A DNA stretch of 64,000 nucleotides from an uncultured virus (IMG/VR IMGVR_UViG_3300038365_000169). Lineage: Duplodnaviria > Heunggongvirae > Uroviricota > Caudoviricetes. The stretch lies in the IMG/VR virus record IMGVR_UViG_3300038365_000169; one strand, given 5' to 3'. The notes beneath the pieces were generated by a model that searched no databases, had not been told where the DNA came from, and worked only from the letters and a program-made list of their open reading frames with translations. Within the stretch, counting starts at the first letter, position 1. Each line of letters starts with the position of its first letter. Positions 9,275 through 18,597 of the stretch are shown piece by piece. A program made the position numbers and the translations under genes.

Positions 9275-10138
9275 CTATAGCATGTTTACAATCTGTATTA
9301 CCAATGGTACCATCAAGCATATGATGACAGTTACCATTAAAAATGGCAATGAAAAAATGGTGGCCTTGCTGCTCACCCCCGATAGTGTTTTCTCCACCGC
9401 AAGGTCCTGTGTGTTTATGATGAACTGGCGTAGAGAGTTTAACTCCTCCTCTGGAAATTCGCCAGTTTTTGACATGTTAAAGACAATCTGGGTGATCTCT
9501 CGGGGTACCGAAAATGGGTAGTACCTTTCCACATATGGGTCAATTTGGTCCGTTGACCACTTCCTGTAAAAATCGTCAAATCCCTGAATCAGCTCCAGAT
9601 TATGCGGCGCGTGCTCCTGAATGTATATTTTGGTGTTCATGAATGCCTTGGCTGGAGCGTAAAGCATGATGTTGTGCTTGATGACCCATATGAACTCGTA
9701 CATCTTGTTCCACTCAACCTCACGCTCGTCACCAATGGCCCTGTAGTAGTACATGGGGTAGTACCAGCATAAAAAGCCCAAACATATGCATAAAAAGCCA
9801 AGCTGCCAGGTCATGACAGCAAGTAGCACGGACCCTGCAACCGTAAGTGATACCAAACCGGCATAGCGTATGAACTGAAAGGTGGTTAGAGTCATCCCCC
9901 ATGGGTTCTTTGCCCTGTTGAATATCATCTCAAGCTTGCCCATGGGTATCACTGAGCCAAGCTGCTCCACTAGCTCGCTGTGGTTCCATCTGTTGATTAT
10001 GCCCTTGTACTTTTTGCTCTTCCTCTCCTCCGCCTGCTTCTCTGCAGCTCTTTGCTTCAGTATGGCGTAAAGGAGCAGGCACATGACGAACACGCAAACA
10101 AACACAAAAAGAAGCAGCATCAGCCTGTCCTTGCTCAT
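9275..10138 (-). CDS. TadC-like pilus inner-membrane platform protein
   Basis: N-terminal TM, central TM pair, C-terminal TM; position in tad cluster. Confidence 0.55.
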   Translation of the reverse strand: MSKDRLMLLLFVFVCVFVMCLLLYAILKQRAAEKQAEERKSKKYKGIINRWNHSELVEQLGSVIPMGKLEMIFNRAKNPWGMTLTTFQFIRYAGLVSLTVAGSVLLAVMTWQLGFLCICLGFLCWYYPMYYYRAIGDEREVEWNKMYEFIWVIKHNIMLYAPAKAFMNTKIYIQEHAPHNLELIQGFDDFYRKWSTDQIDPYVERYYPFSVPREITQIVFNMSKTGEFPEEELNSLRQFIINTQDLAVEKTLSGVSSKATIFSLPFLMVTVIICLMVPLVIQIVNML

Positions 10139-10156
10139 TCCCTCAACCTCCTCTCC

Positions 10157-11008
10157 TTAAAATATGGTCTTGACGGTGTCCTTCTGCAGCTTGTAGATCA
10201 AAAATTTGAATAGGCCGAAAAGACCTAAAACCAGCGTGGCAACTATATAGCCTCCAAACCCCATCCAAAAGCTGTAGGTCTGCCCGAATGAAATCGCAAT
10301 CAATATCGGAACTCCAAAATAGTAGCTGAGCATGATGGGCTTGATTTCGCCAATTCTGGCCATAAAGCTGTTGTAATAAACCTGCTTCTGCGCGTAGTCC
10401 TTGGATAGCTCGTTCAGAATGTAGGTGTAGTCATTTATGCCCTTTTCCTCATTATATTTTGCTATGTCATAAATGTCCACTATCTGCCTTAAATGGGTCT
10501 CAAGCTTGTACTCTGGATCGAACCGATGTTCGTAAAACTCTGCAAGCTCAACATCCCTAGAGTACTCTATGTACCCAAGAAGTGACTGGTCCGCAGAGTT
10601 GCCGCTGCTGATGTGCGGCACAAAATAGTTGATAAAGTTTACAATGCGGCTGATGTTCGTGATGCCGCTCTCGTATATGATCTTTCTGTATGAGTCCTCG
10701 GCTAGCAGAATGATTAGCACTGCGCCAAACGCTAGAATGGTTAAGCCTCGCAGTGTTAAGAAGCTTAACGCCAGCAGGGTGGCAACCACCACCCTCTCCA
10801 CGTATATCACCGCTGTGCCGTTCTCCGGCCTTAGATGAAGCTTTTCCAGCAGCAGATGCTCAAAGAAAAGAAGCTTCATGTCGCTCTGGCGGTTCTCTGT
10901 GATGATGATGTCCAGCCGCTTGCGCTTCTCCCAGCCGCTCAGAGCTAGGAAAACAACCACAAAATAGGTTAATATGGCAATAATTAGCATTACTGTGGTA
11001 AGATTCAT
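10157..11008 (-). CDS. TadB-like pilus inner-membrane platform protein
   Basis: TM pattern; ISSGNSADQSL resembles the TadB L-x-x-G-x-S motif; two C-terminal TMs. Confidence 0.55.
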   Translation of the reverse strand: MNLTTVMLIIAILTYFVVVFLALSGWEKRKRLDIIITENRQSDMKLLFFEHLLLEKLHLRPENGTAVIYVERVVVATLLALSFLTLRGLTILAFGAVLIILLAEDSYRKIIYESGITNISRIVNFINYFVPHISSGNSADQSLLGYIEYSRDVELAEFYEHRFDPEYKLETHLRQIVDIYDIAKYNEEKGINDYTYILNELSKDYAQKQVYYNSFMARIGEIKPIMLSYYFGVPILIAISFGQTYSFWMGFGGYIVATLVLGLFGLFKFLIYKLQKDTVKTIF

Positions 11009-11026
11009 GATCCCCCTCCTGTCGGC

Positions 11027-12328
11027 CTAGCTGTCATATGGCTGCAAATGGCCGTTGCTGTAGTTTATGGTGTACTTGGATTCGTCCCTGGGACCCTCCC
11101 GGTTCTTCATGGTCTTAAGGTTTATTAGGGCAATTTCTCCGCTCTTTCGCTCACGGACCTCCTCCAACCCGATGACAATATCGGTGTCCGCCTCTATGGT
11201 GGAGCTGCCGAAAAGGTCCGTCAGAAGAAGCCCACGCTCCGTGCTTACACGTGAAACTTGGCTGCCTGCTACAATCACCGTGCCGGTACGTGTGGCAAGG
11301 TTTTTTAGCTCCCTGGTCAGTGTGCGGACGCTCTCCCATTCGTTTTGGTCGGCATACCTTAGAAGCTGCAAATAGTCCAAATATACCATCTTATACTTGT
11401 TTTGTTTGATTTGTTCTTCAACGTCAGTAAGAATGCTGTCCGCACTGCTCTTGGATGTGACGTAAAGCTGCAGGTTCTTGTTGAGACGTGAAAAACCCCG
11501 GGACTGCTTTGCCTCATTCATGGCATTCTTGAACCCTTCGACATCCAAAAGGCCGTGTTCGTCCGTAAACCGTTCACGTATGTTTTCCTTCATGAAGTAG
11601 TTCATAAGACGCTCGTTGATCTGCTTCTTGTTCATCTCAAGGGATAAGTATAGGCACTTGATGCCCTCCACCGCATTGCAGCTGCCAAGATGTAGCATGA
11701 AAAGGCTCTTGCCTACGCCTGGTCTGGCTGCGACAATGACAAAGTTTCCTGGTTCAAAACGTATGATGCGGTCTAAGTCCCTTAAACCGGTGGTCATCTC
11801 GGATTTCTGCTTCTCACCCTCGATTTCTATTTCGTCCAATGTGACCACGCCATCCCTCATCAGAAGCTGTGGGATCTTGGGTCGCACGGCAAGCTTTTCT
11901 GCGAATGATAGGTCTGTTCTGTCTATGGCCTCAATGGCCTTCTGGAACTCTGCCCAGATGAAATGAAACATTATGTCCTCAGCTAGCTCCATGGGGACAT
12001 GCGTCTCCAGAACCTTCTCCAGCCAGAGGTCCATAATTTCCCGCTCTTTGGCGTTTGGACGCTGTGAGTTGCGCATTTTGACGCCGTTGATCATGGACAG
12101 CCTGCGCTCCTCAGGATTGTCCCATTCCTTGCCGGACATCTCTGTCGCCCACTTTTTGACGAATGAAACGAAATTCGTAAAAACCCCATCTATCAAAATG
12201 TTGGTGTCAGAGGATATTGCGTCGAATATTTCCAGGAATCTGTCCAGCTCCTCCTGGTCGTAGTACAGAACGGACGAGGCAAGTTCTACCTCCAGCCCGT
12301 CCAACTTTCCCTTTCTTGGACGGCTCAT
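11027..12328 (-). CDS. dnaB: DnaB-like replicative helicase (start moved to MSRPRK behind the RBS; ORF track start is 12391)
   Basis: AARPGVGKS, LSLEM, YLDYLQL, SQVSR, IEADTD, KNREG. Confidence 0.9.
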   Translation of the reverse strand: MSRPRKGKLDGLEVELASSVLYYDQEELDRFLEIFDAISSDTNILIDGVFTNFVSFVKKWATEMSGKEWDNPEERRLSMINGVKMRNSQRPNAKEREIMDLWLEKVLETHVPMELAEDIMFHFIWAEFQKAIEAIDRTDLSFAEKLAVRPKIPQLLMRDGVVTLDEIEIEGEKQKSEMTTGLRDLDRIIRFEPGNFVIVAARPGVGKSLFMLHLGSCNAVEGIKCLYLSLEMNKKQINERLMNYFMKENIRERFTDEHGLLDVEGFKNAMNEAKQSRGFSRLNKNLQLYVTSKSSADSILTDVEEQIKQNKYKMVYLDYLQLLRYADQNEWESVRTLTRELKNLATRTGTVIVAGSQVSRVSTERGLLLTDLFGSSTIEADTDIVIGLEEVRERKSGEIALINLKTMKNREGPRDESKYTINYSNGHLQPYDS

Positions 12329-12357
12329 GCGGGATTTACACCCCCTTTCATTGTCTA

Positions 12358-12801
12358 CTACTTGTACATGCTGTGCACAATGCACGTGCACTTGTCACTT
12401 TTGCATCTTACGCACTTGAACCTCCACTTCCAGTTCTGGTCGTGAAGAAACTCCTCACGGAAGTTGAGGCTCTTTAAATAGTCCACCGCACTGTGCGTTC
12501 TGCCGTCCTTTTCCTTGTAAAAAATGAACTGCACATGGTTCCCCATCCAGAAGTTGCAGCAGTACACCATAACGGTGGTTAGGTCCTTGTCATTCTTGAA
12601 GTGTATATACTTGATGTGACAGACCCTGACCTCATCTATGTTCTTTAGCTCAAAAACCACAAAGGAGCCATTCTTGGTGAAGACGTAGCCGTTGAGGTTG
12701 ATGTTGGAGCTAAAACCAACTCCGTTATCCTCATCGATTACGCTCCTAATTTCGTCCTTCGTCATACGTCCCCTCCTCTTTATGAAAGACACCACGGCCA
12801 C
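12358..12801 (-). CDS. Hypothetical protein with C-terminal Cys cluster
   Basis: CVRCKSDKCTC; true start probably downstream (MTKDE). Confidence 0.5.
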   Translation of the reverse strand: MAVVSFIKRRGRMTKDEIRSVIDEDNGVGFSSNINLNGYVFTKNGSFVVFELKNIDEVRVCHIKYIHFKNDKDLTTVMVYCCNFWMGNHVQFIFYKEKDGRTHSAVDYLKSLNFREEFLHDQNWKWRFKCVRCKSDKCTCIVHSMYK

Positions 12802-12852
12802 GGTGAGGGCGAACCCCTATGGCTATGGTAGCTTGAATGCTGGCCATCCACA

Positions 12853-13884
12853 TTACATTCCGGCCTCCTTTACGATCTCCTGAAATTCCTCATAGTAGCA
12901 TGGATGGTCCCTCTTTATGAAGTCCCAAAATCCGACCATCGGAGCATCATTTTGGCGCTGGGTCATGTTTCCGTCCAATGTGGACACAGAAAGATTCATG
13001 ACCTTATGTAGCGCCTTTTTATATACGCTTTCGTCAACATCAGCCATTGAGCCGCTATATGAAATGCTGTATATGGGTGGTGGTAGCTCGTTGGCGTTTA
13101 CCACATTCTCAAGAGTTTCGTTTAAATTGCTGGTGTGTATGCTATAAACGGATGGTGCGTTCTCCAGATGAATTCTCTCCAGTGACTTGGATTCGGTGTC
13201 ATACATCCATACGGAGGGTTTGGCGTCCATCTGCATGCCAGCGTTGAAAGCGGCTGCGGAGGGCATAAGGGAGCCAGGTGTTAAAACCTTCACCTTGCCC
13301 ATCCCAACCATGTTTGGTAGATGGACATGACCGCATACCACCAGGTCAAAGTTTTTGGCCACCACCTGGGGTAACCCGTACTCCTCGTTCCTCTCACCAC
13401 CTACCTCCAGATAGCCATGAGCCATCAGTATGTTGAGCTTGCTTCTGTCAAGCAACCTGCTCACCTTGGCAAATGACTCTGCGTTTAGCTGGCCGTATGG
13501 TATGCAGAAAAGCTGAATGTTGGGGTTCAGGTCGAACACCCCAAACTCTGTGACAAATGAAACCTTGCCTCCTTCATCCCTTAGAACGTCAAAGCTGTGA
13601 TAGCCGTTGGACTCCGCTAACTTGCTGAAATCGTGATTTCCGCCCAAAACAAAGGCTGGTACCTTCAGATGGGCTAATTCCTTGGATACTATAATGGCGT
13701 CCACATCTGGATTTGGTCCGTCATATAGGTCACCAGCAAGAAGAATGCAGTCTGCATCCTGAAGCTTGACTAGTGCCTCCCTGAAGCATTTGTAGTTTTG
13801 GAGTTTAAACATGTTTTGATGCCCAACTTGCCTTCTGAATCGTCTTTCGCCTAGATGGCTGTCAGACATTATGCCAACCTTCAT
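12853..13884 (-). CDS. sbcD: SbcD/Mre11 metallophosphoesterase nuclease
   Basis: SDSHLG, AGDLYD, GGNHD, MAHG, GHVH. Confidence 0.88.
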   Translation of the reverse strand: MKVGIMSDSHLGERRFRRQVGHQNMFKLQNYKCFREALVKLQDADCILLAGDLYDGPNPDVDAIIVSKELAHLKVPAFVLGGNHDFSKLAESNGYHSFDVLRDEGGKVSFVTEFGVFDLNPNIQLFCIPYGQLNAESFAKVSRLLDRSKLNILMAHGYLEVGGERNEEYGLPQVVAKNFDLVVCGHVHLPNMVGMGKVKVLTPGSLMPSAAAFNAGMQMDAKPSVWMYDTESKSLERIHLENAPSVYSIHTSNLNETLENVVNANELPPPIYSISYSGSMADVDESVYKKALHKVMNLSVSTLDGNMTQRQNDAPMVGFWDFIKRDHPCYYEEFQEIVKEAGM

Positions 13885-13901
13885 TCATTCTCCTCCTTTC
13901 T

Positions 13902-13920
13902 CCCTTATATAAAACAAATT
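13902..13920 (-). promoter_or_regulatory. Conserved upstream motif AATTTGTTTTATATAAGGG
   Basis: Directly upstream of the sbcD RBS. Confidence 0.45.
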
Positions 13921-13929
13921 TAACGGAGC

Positions 13930-14490
13930 TTAAACCTTTCTGGTCTTCCTCCAGTACTCGGCCATGCTCCATTCAACCAAACCCGTTGCTTCAAGCTCCA
14001 CCATCTTGGGAAAGTGTAAAACCTCCTCAATCTTGAAGATCCCTGCATCCTCAAGGGAGTCAAATTCGACCTCAGCATACATCCACTTGCTGTGAAGATT
14101 CTTGTCAATCACACCCATGTGCAGGTCAACATTCCTTTCAAGTGCATTGCTGAACACCGAAGCAACTGAATAGTCCTTCTGTATGGCTTCTGCGTTTACA
14201 AGCCCCAAAAGTGCCTCAAATTGCTCCTCTGATAGCTCAAACTCTATCTCATTTCTCTTTATGGAGCAGGGAGACTTGATGGTAAGCTTGCACATTTCAC
14301 ACATTGAAGATTCCACTGAAGTTTTTCTTGTTATGCGAACCTCTGGGCAAACAGAAAGGTATGCTTGCTCTATGGTAAAGTGTCTGCTTCTATCAATGGT
14401 GGGAAGCGCTCTCATTATCCATTTTCGCTCTATTTCAATCATTGTTTTATTTATGCCCATAGATACCTCCAAATCTAGAATTCCTGCCAT
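13930..14490 (-). CDS. CYTH-domain protein
   Basis: EIERKW, EQAYL, EVRI, EIEF, AEVEF. Confidence 0.8.
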   Translation of the reverse strand: MAGILDLEVSMGINKTMIEIERKWIMRALPTIDRSRHFTIEQAYLSVCPEVRITRKTSVESSMCEMCKLTIKSPCSIKRNEIEFELSEEQFEALLGLVNAEAIQKDYSVASVFSNALERNVDLHMGVIDKNLHSKWMYAEVEFDSLEDAGIFKIEEVLHFPKMVELEATGLVEWSMAEYWRKTRKV

Positions 14491-16070
14491 GTTTGGTCAT
14501 GGGTGATGACAAAAATTTGCGTTTTCTGCAGCGATAGAAACCTCTGCACCTCCTCAAGATTTTCCCTGTCAAGAGCCACAAATGTTTCGTCAAAAAGTAA
14601 TGGTATGTCAGGAACAAAAATGTTGTGTATGGCGAAAAGAAGTGACAGTGCAACCATGGTTTTCTCGCCGTTCGATAACCTGCTGACCGGGAGCATGTTG
14701 AGCGCAAAGTCCTCATTTTCAACCACAACAACAAATTCCTTTCCGTAGATTGCAATCTGCTTGTAGCGGTTGTTTATGTTCGCAAGGTACTGGCCGGCCT
14801 TTGCCATCAGCTGCTCGGTGTAGCTCTGTGTGGCCTCCTCCACCCATTCCTTTACGACCTCCATCTTGCACTTCCAGTCCAAAATGTCAGCCCTTAAACC
14901 CTCTATACGCTTTAGGCCCTCCGCCTGCCTTTCCGCAAGAGTTCTCTGGCTCTGTAACCTGTTGAACTCCTCCCATAGCTTGCTGTTTTCCTGGTCAAAT
15001 TCGTCCAACGTTTCCTTCCAGTTTAAGCAGGCATTTAACGCACGCTGTGCGTCCTGCCACTGCTCGTATAGCTGAACCCTTTCAGGTGTGCAGGAGCCAG
15101 CAACCTCCAGATCCTTCCTTAGGTTTTCGATCTTGAGCTCGGATCTGCCCGCCAGTGATAGCTCGTCCTGTAGGGCTTTTTTGTGGCTTTGGTCAAAATT
15201 TCCGCCGCAGACCACACACTTGCCGGATTTTTCGCTGGCCTCAAGAATTTTGAGCAGCTCCACTGATGAAAATGCGGAGTATATGCTGTCACGTTTGGAC
15301 ATTTCCTCCGCTAGCGCTTCCTTCAGCTGCTTGATCTTGCCGTGCAACCTTTTGAACGCCGGTATGTCTACATTCTTCACAAGCTCTGGAGCGTCCTTAA
15401 GAAGCTCAAGCTCCTGAGCAGCCTTCTCGGCCAACCTGGCCTTGGCCACATCGCTCTCCTTTACGGCGCTTTGGGACTTTAACCTGCCCTCCAGTAGCTC
15501 TAGATCCGCTGCAATCTGCTTGGCGTCAAGAATCTCGCCTGGGTTGTATCCGTTCACCTCACGGTTGGCTCTGTATATCTTGCCGGTGTACTCGGCTATG
15601 ATCCTGTTGGGGTCCTGCAGGGCATCCTCAAGAATGGCCTCCGTGAAGAACTTGGCGGAAAGTGTGTCGCTGGACACCAGATTGGTCGTCCAGAGTATGG
15701 AAAGAACCTTCATGTTGATGGTGTTGGCGAACCATGCGTCAAGACCCTTTACATTTTCCACCACCACCATTTCGTTTACCCTTAGCACAGCCTGCGTGGC
15801 AACACCGCCAAAAATCCTTTCAACCTCCATTTGGTCACCGCTGTGCTCAAATTGTAGGCATATGCGGCAGGGCTTTTTGTCGCTATAACGCACGGTGTTT
15901 AGGTTAAAGCCCACAGGAGGTTTGCCCGTGATGGCAAAAAATACTGCCTCAAAAATGCTGGACTTTCCTGTGCCGTTTCTGGCGTTTATGAGCTCATGTT
16001 CCTGAAAGTCGAAGCTTTTCCTCTTGTGGTAGCATTTCCAGTTTTCCACCTCTAGATGGTTTAAAATCAA
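14475..16070 (-). CDS. sbcC: SbcC/Rad50 SMC-like ATPase
   Basis: NGTGKSS Walker A, CVVC zinc hook, LSNGE signature, LLFDE, ITHD. Confidence 0.88.
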   Translation of the reverse strand: MILNHLEVENWKCYHKRKSFDFQEHELINARNGTGKSSIFEAVFFAITGKPPVGFNLNTVRYSDKKPCRICLQFEHSGDQMEVERIFGGVATQAVLRVNEMVVVENVKGLDAWFANTINMKVLSILWTTNLVSSDTLSAKFFTEAILEDALQDPNRIIAEYTGKIYRANREVNGYNPGEILDAKQIAADLELLEGRLKSQSAVKESDVAKARLAEKAAQELELLKDAPELVKNVDIPAFKRLHGKIKQLKEALAEEMSKRDSIYSAFSSVELLKILEASEKSGKCVVCGGNFDQSHKKALQDELSLAGRSELKIENLRKDLEVAGSCTPERVQLYEQWQDAQRALNACLNWKETLDEFDQENSKLWEEFNRLQSQRTLAERQAEGLKRIEGLRADILDWKCKMEVVKEWVEEATQSYTEQLMAKAGQYLANINNRYKQIAIYGKEFVVVVENEDFALNMLPVSRLSNGEKTMVALSLLFAIHNIFVPDIPLLFDETFVALDRENLEEVQRFLSLQKTQIFVITHDQTWQEF

Positions 16071-16088
16071 TCAGCCCACCTCCTCCCA

Positions 16089-17384
16089 TTAAACTATAAC
16101 TCCGTACTTCATCTTTAATATGCGCTTGGCCTTGTCGGGCAGTATGCTGGGGTTGTCCAGCTCGCCCCTTACGATGGCCAGAAGCTTGCTCTTTTCGTCC
16201 AGCTCGCCCTCAACACTCTTGAGCAGCTCTGGTCTGCTGAATAGCCAGCTTTCTGCCTCCGCAAGTGAAAAGTTCTTCACCTTGCATACAGCCCGTAATA
16301 CGGCAATTTTGTTGTACTCAGGCGTTATCTTGTATATTTCAGCAATGTCCTCCAAAGCGCCATGCTCCACCGCAAACTCCAAAGCGGGAACTGGGTTGCT
16401 GTATATCTTGCGAAGCCCTTCCTCACCCATGTCCTTTAAGACGTCATATGGGTCCTTACCGTGCGGAAATACCAGTGCAAATACATGCGTGATGTCATGA
16501 CGCACTGTGAGATATATGATGTTTTTGACCATTGTGCCGATGCCGGCACCGTCTCCATCCATGGCCAGATATATGTCCTCAACGGGAAGTATGAGGTCCC
16601 AAATGTTGTTGCTGTTGCTGGTGCCGCATACGCCCACAGTGTACCTTATGTCTATTCTTACGAATGCAATGGCGTCCTTAGGGCCCTCACAAACTACCGC
16701 TTTTTTGCTCTTTCTGATCTCATTTCCGGCCATGTGAAGGTTGTAAAGATTATGGCATTGTGCTATAAGTGAGTCCTTTATGGCGCTATGCTTCCACTTG
16801 GATGCTGGAAACCCTGGCCTGATGTCCTTCCATTTGCCCGTCACGGGGTCCTGCTCATGCAGTTCGTCCACACGTCTCTTGGTGAAGCCAAGAATCATGC
16901 CGGTCTTGCTGGTCAGCGGTAGCACCACATATCTGTCCCTGGCGTCATAGCCGATCTCCTGCGGGAAAAAGTCCCTTTGAAGGGACTGTGCCTCCACTGG
17001 TGCGCTTTGCATCGCATGAAGGTATAACTCCCATTCCTTCTTCAGCTGTGAGCTTTTGCCGTCAAACTTCATTTTGATGCCGCTGATGTCCACATGATAA
17101 AGGTCCGCTATCTTTCTGACAGCCTCCATAAATCCGGTGTTGTAGTAGGTCTCCACAAAGGATATGCCGTCACCCTTTACACCGCAGCTGCCCGCATAGC
17201 ACCTGTAAAAATCCTCCTCTATCTGAAGCGATGGTGTTGCGTCGTCATGAAAGCAGCACTTCACCACAGAACCCTGAAAGTCACTCTTCTTGTATATGCC
17301 AAGGTCGATGGCCATCTGCCTGACCGAAATCTCCTCATGTATGGCATTCTTAAACTCGTCTAAATCATCATATGATGGCCTCAT
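16089..17384 (-). CDS. dnaG: DNA primase
   Basis: CHC2 finger CCFHDDATPS...CYAGSC; TOPRIM VCEGPKDA, MDGDGAG, KDPYD. Confidence 0.92.
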   Translation of the reverse strand: MRPSYDDLDEFKNAIHEEISVRQMAIDLGIYKKSDFQGSVVKCCFHDDATPSLQIEEDFYRCYAGSCGVKGDGISFVETYYNTGFMEAVRKIADLYHVDISGIKMKFDGKSSQLKKEWELYLHAMQSAPVEAQSLQRDFFPQEIGYDARDRYVVLPLTSKTGMILGFTKRRVDELHEQDPVTGKWKDIRPGFPASKWKHSAIKDSLIAQCHNLYNLHMAGNEIRKSKKAVVCEGPKDAIAFVRIDIRYTVGVCGTSNSNNIWDLILPVEDIYLAMDGDGAGIGTMVKNIIYLTVRHDITHVFALVFPHGKDPYDVLKDMGEEGLRKIYSNPVPALEFAVEHGALEDIAEIYKITPEYNKIAVLRAVCKVKNFSLAEAESWLFSRPELLKSVEGELDEKSKLLAIVRGELDNPSILPDKAKRILKMKYGVIV

Positions 17385-17385
17385 G

Positions 17386-17871
17386 CTATGCGCTCTCCTT
17401 TCTATACCTCTCCATCAGTGCGTTGCTCTGCTGGGTGGCCACGTAGTCTGCAAAAACATTGCCCAGATTGTTCTCATGGCCGCGTATGTGGTTGAACTCC
17501 ACATTAACGCCAAACTCCACCTCAAAAAGCTTCATGGAGCCAACAATGCTTTGGGCCGCAAGATAGTTCTCGCTCTCATTTACGTTGTACTCATGAGGTG
17601 CACGTTGAAACCCCTTTATGATCTGAATGCTGGTCTTGGAGTCCGTGGTGATTAAGACTGTTTTGTCACCGTTGACTATCTCCTCAACCATCTTCCTGCG
17701 GTATGCCTTTAGGTTCAGTAAAAGGTCACGTATGGCAAAAATTTCGGCGTTTATGTTCGAACCGCCCACCTTGGACTTGGCCACAAGAACCCCAGTTTCG
17801 CACACAGCGGACCATCCAATGAAAAAATTGTTAACTGAGCCCACACGTGAGCCGTCCGTCCAAAACTCCAT
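17386..17871 (-). CDS. rnhA: Ribonuclease HI
   Basis: WTDGS, NINAE, TDSK, HIRGH...GNVFADYVA. Confidence 0.85.
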   Translation of the reverse strand: MEFWTDGSRVGSVNNFFIGWSAVCETGVLVAKSKVGGSNINAEIFAIRDLLLNLKAYRRKMVEEIVNGDKTVLITTDSKTSIQIIKGFQRAPHEYNVNESENYLAAQSIVGSMKLFEVEFGVNVEFNHIRGHENNLGNVFADYVATQQSNALMERYRKESA

Positions 17872-17877
17872 GCCCTC

Positions 17878-18117
17878 TCATTCTCCCTTCTTTTTGCTGA
17901 TGCTCTTCACCAAGCGGTCCAACCTCTTGGATAACCCCTGATAGCGCTTTCTCTCCTCCGAACCAGCTGGTGACTGGTCTCGAAGCTGCCTGACCTCAGC
18001 ATCCAGGTCCCTTATGTTTATCTTGGTGAATTCCTCCAACCCGCGGAGCTTGCTGCTTACGGTCCTCTCAAGCTCCATTATCTTGCTTTCGATATCCTCA
18101 TTGCAGTCGCGCCTCAT
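17878..18117 (-). CDS. Hypothetical small coiled-coil protein
   Basis: 79 aa, overlaps operon neighbours. Confidence 0.45.
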   Translation of the reverse strand: MRRDCNEDIESKIMELERTVSSKLRGLEEFTKINIRDLDAEVRQLRDQSPAGSEERKRYQGLSKRLDRLVKSISKKKGE

Positions 18118-18505
18118 AGCTTAGGACCCTCTTTCCTTTCATGTAGCATTGATATAGATCAATGGCATCTTGCCGCGCATTTCCGGCATGCTCTCGACCA
18201 AGCATCTCTTGAGTAATGGCCGCAATTTTAATGCGTCTATCCAAGGCTCCCATGAGATATGATGCCACATCAGTGAAGCAAATGAAATTTCCTCTCATTG
18301 CTGTAAAGATTTGCATATGATGGCGCTCAAGGTAAGATGGCATAAAGTAATGCCAAAATACAAACATTTCAGTACCATCCCCTGTAGCAAATGGAGCAAG
18401 CACATCAATGGACGTGCCATCGGCAATAATGCTACCGTCTCGAACCACAGCAACCTCAGTCACCGGTCCATTGAGTCCATCAGTTTCAAAGTCAATAAAT
18501 ATCAT
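18098..18505 (-). CDS. Small DEDDh 3'-5' exonuclease
   Basis: FIDFETDG, CFTD, HAGNARQDA. Confidence 0.7.
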   Translation of the reverse strand: MIFIDFETDGLNGPVTEVAVVRDGSIIADGTSIDVLAPFATGDGTEMFVFWHYFMPSYLERHHMQIFTAMRGNFICFTDVASYLMGALDRRIKIAAITQEMLGREHAGNARQDAIDLYQCYMKGKRVLSYEARLQ

Positions 18506-18518
18506 ATGGGTGCTCCCT

Positions 18519-18537
18519 CCCTTAAATTAAACAGGTA
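18519..18537 (-). promoter_or_regulatory. Conserved upstream motif TACCTGTTTAATTTAAGGG
   Basis: Heads the exonuclease-RNase H-primase-SbcC operon. Confidence 0.5.
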
Positions 18538-18543
18538 AAGCAC

Positions 18544-18568
18544 TGGAGGTGCCACCTGGACACCTCCA
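18544..18568 (-). terminator. Inverted repeat, candidate terminator
   Basis: TGGAGGTG...CACCTCCA just downstream of 18598..20577. Confidence 0.4.
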
Positions 18569-18597
18569 ACACTCTTTCGTTTGTCAAATTTTACGCA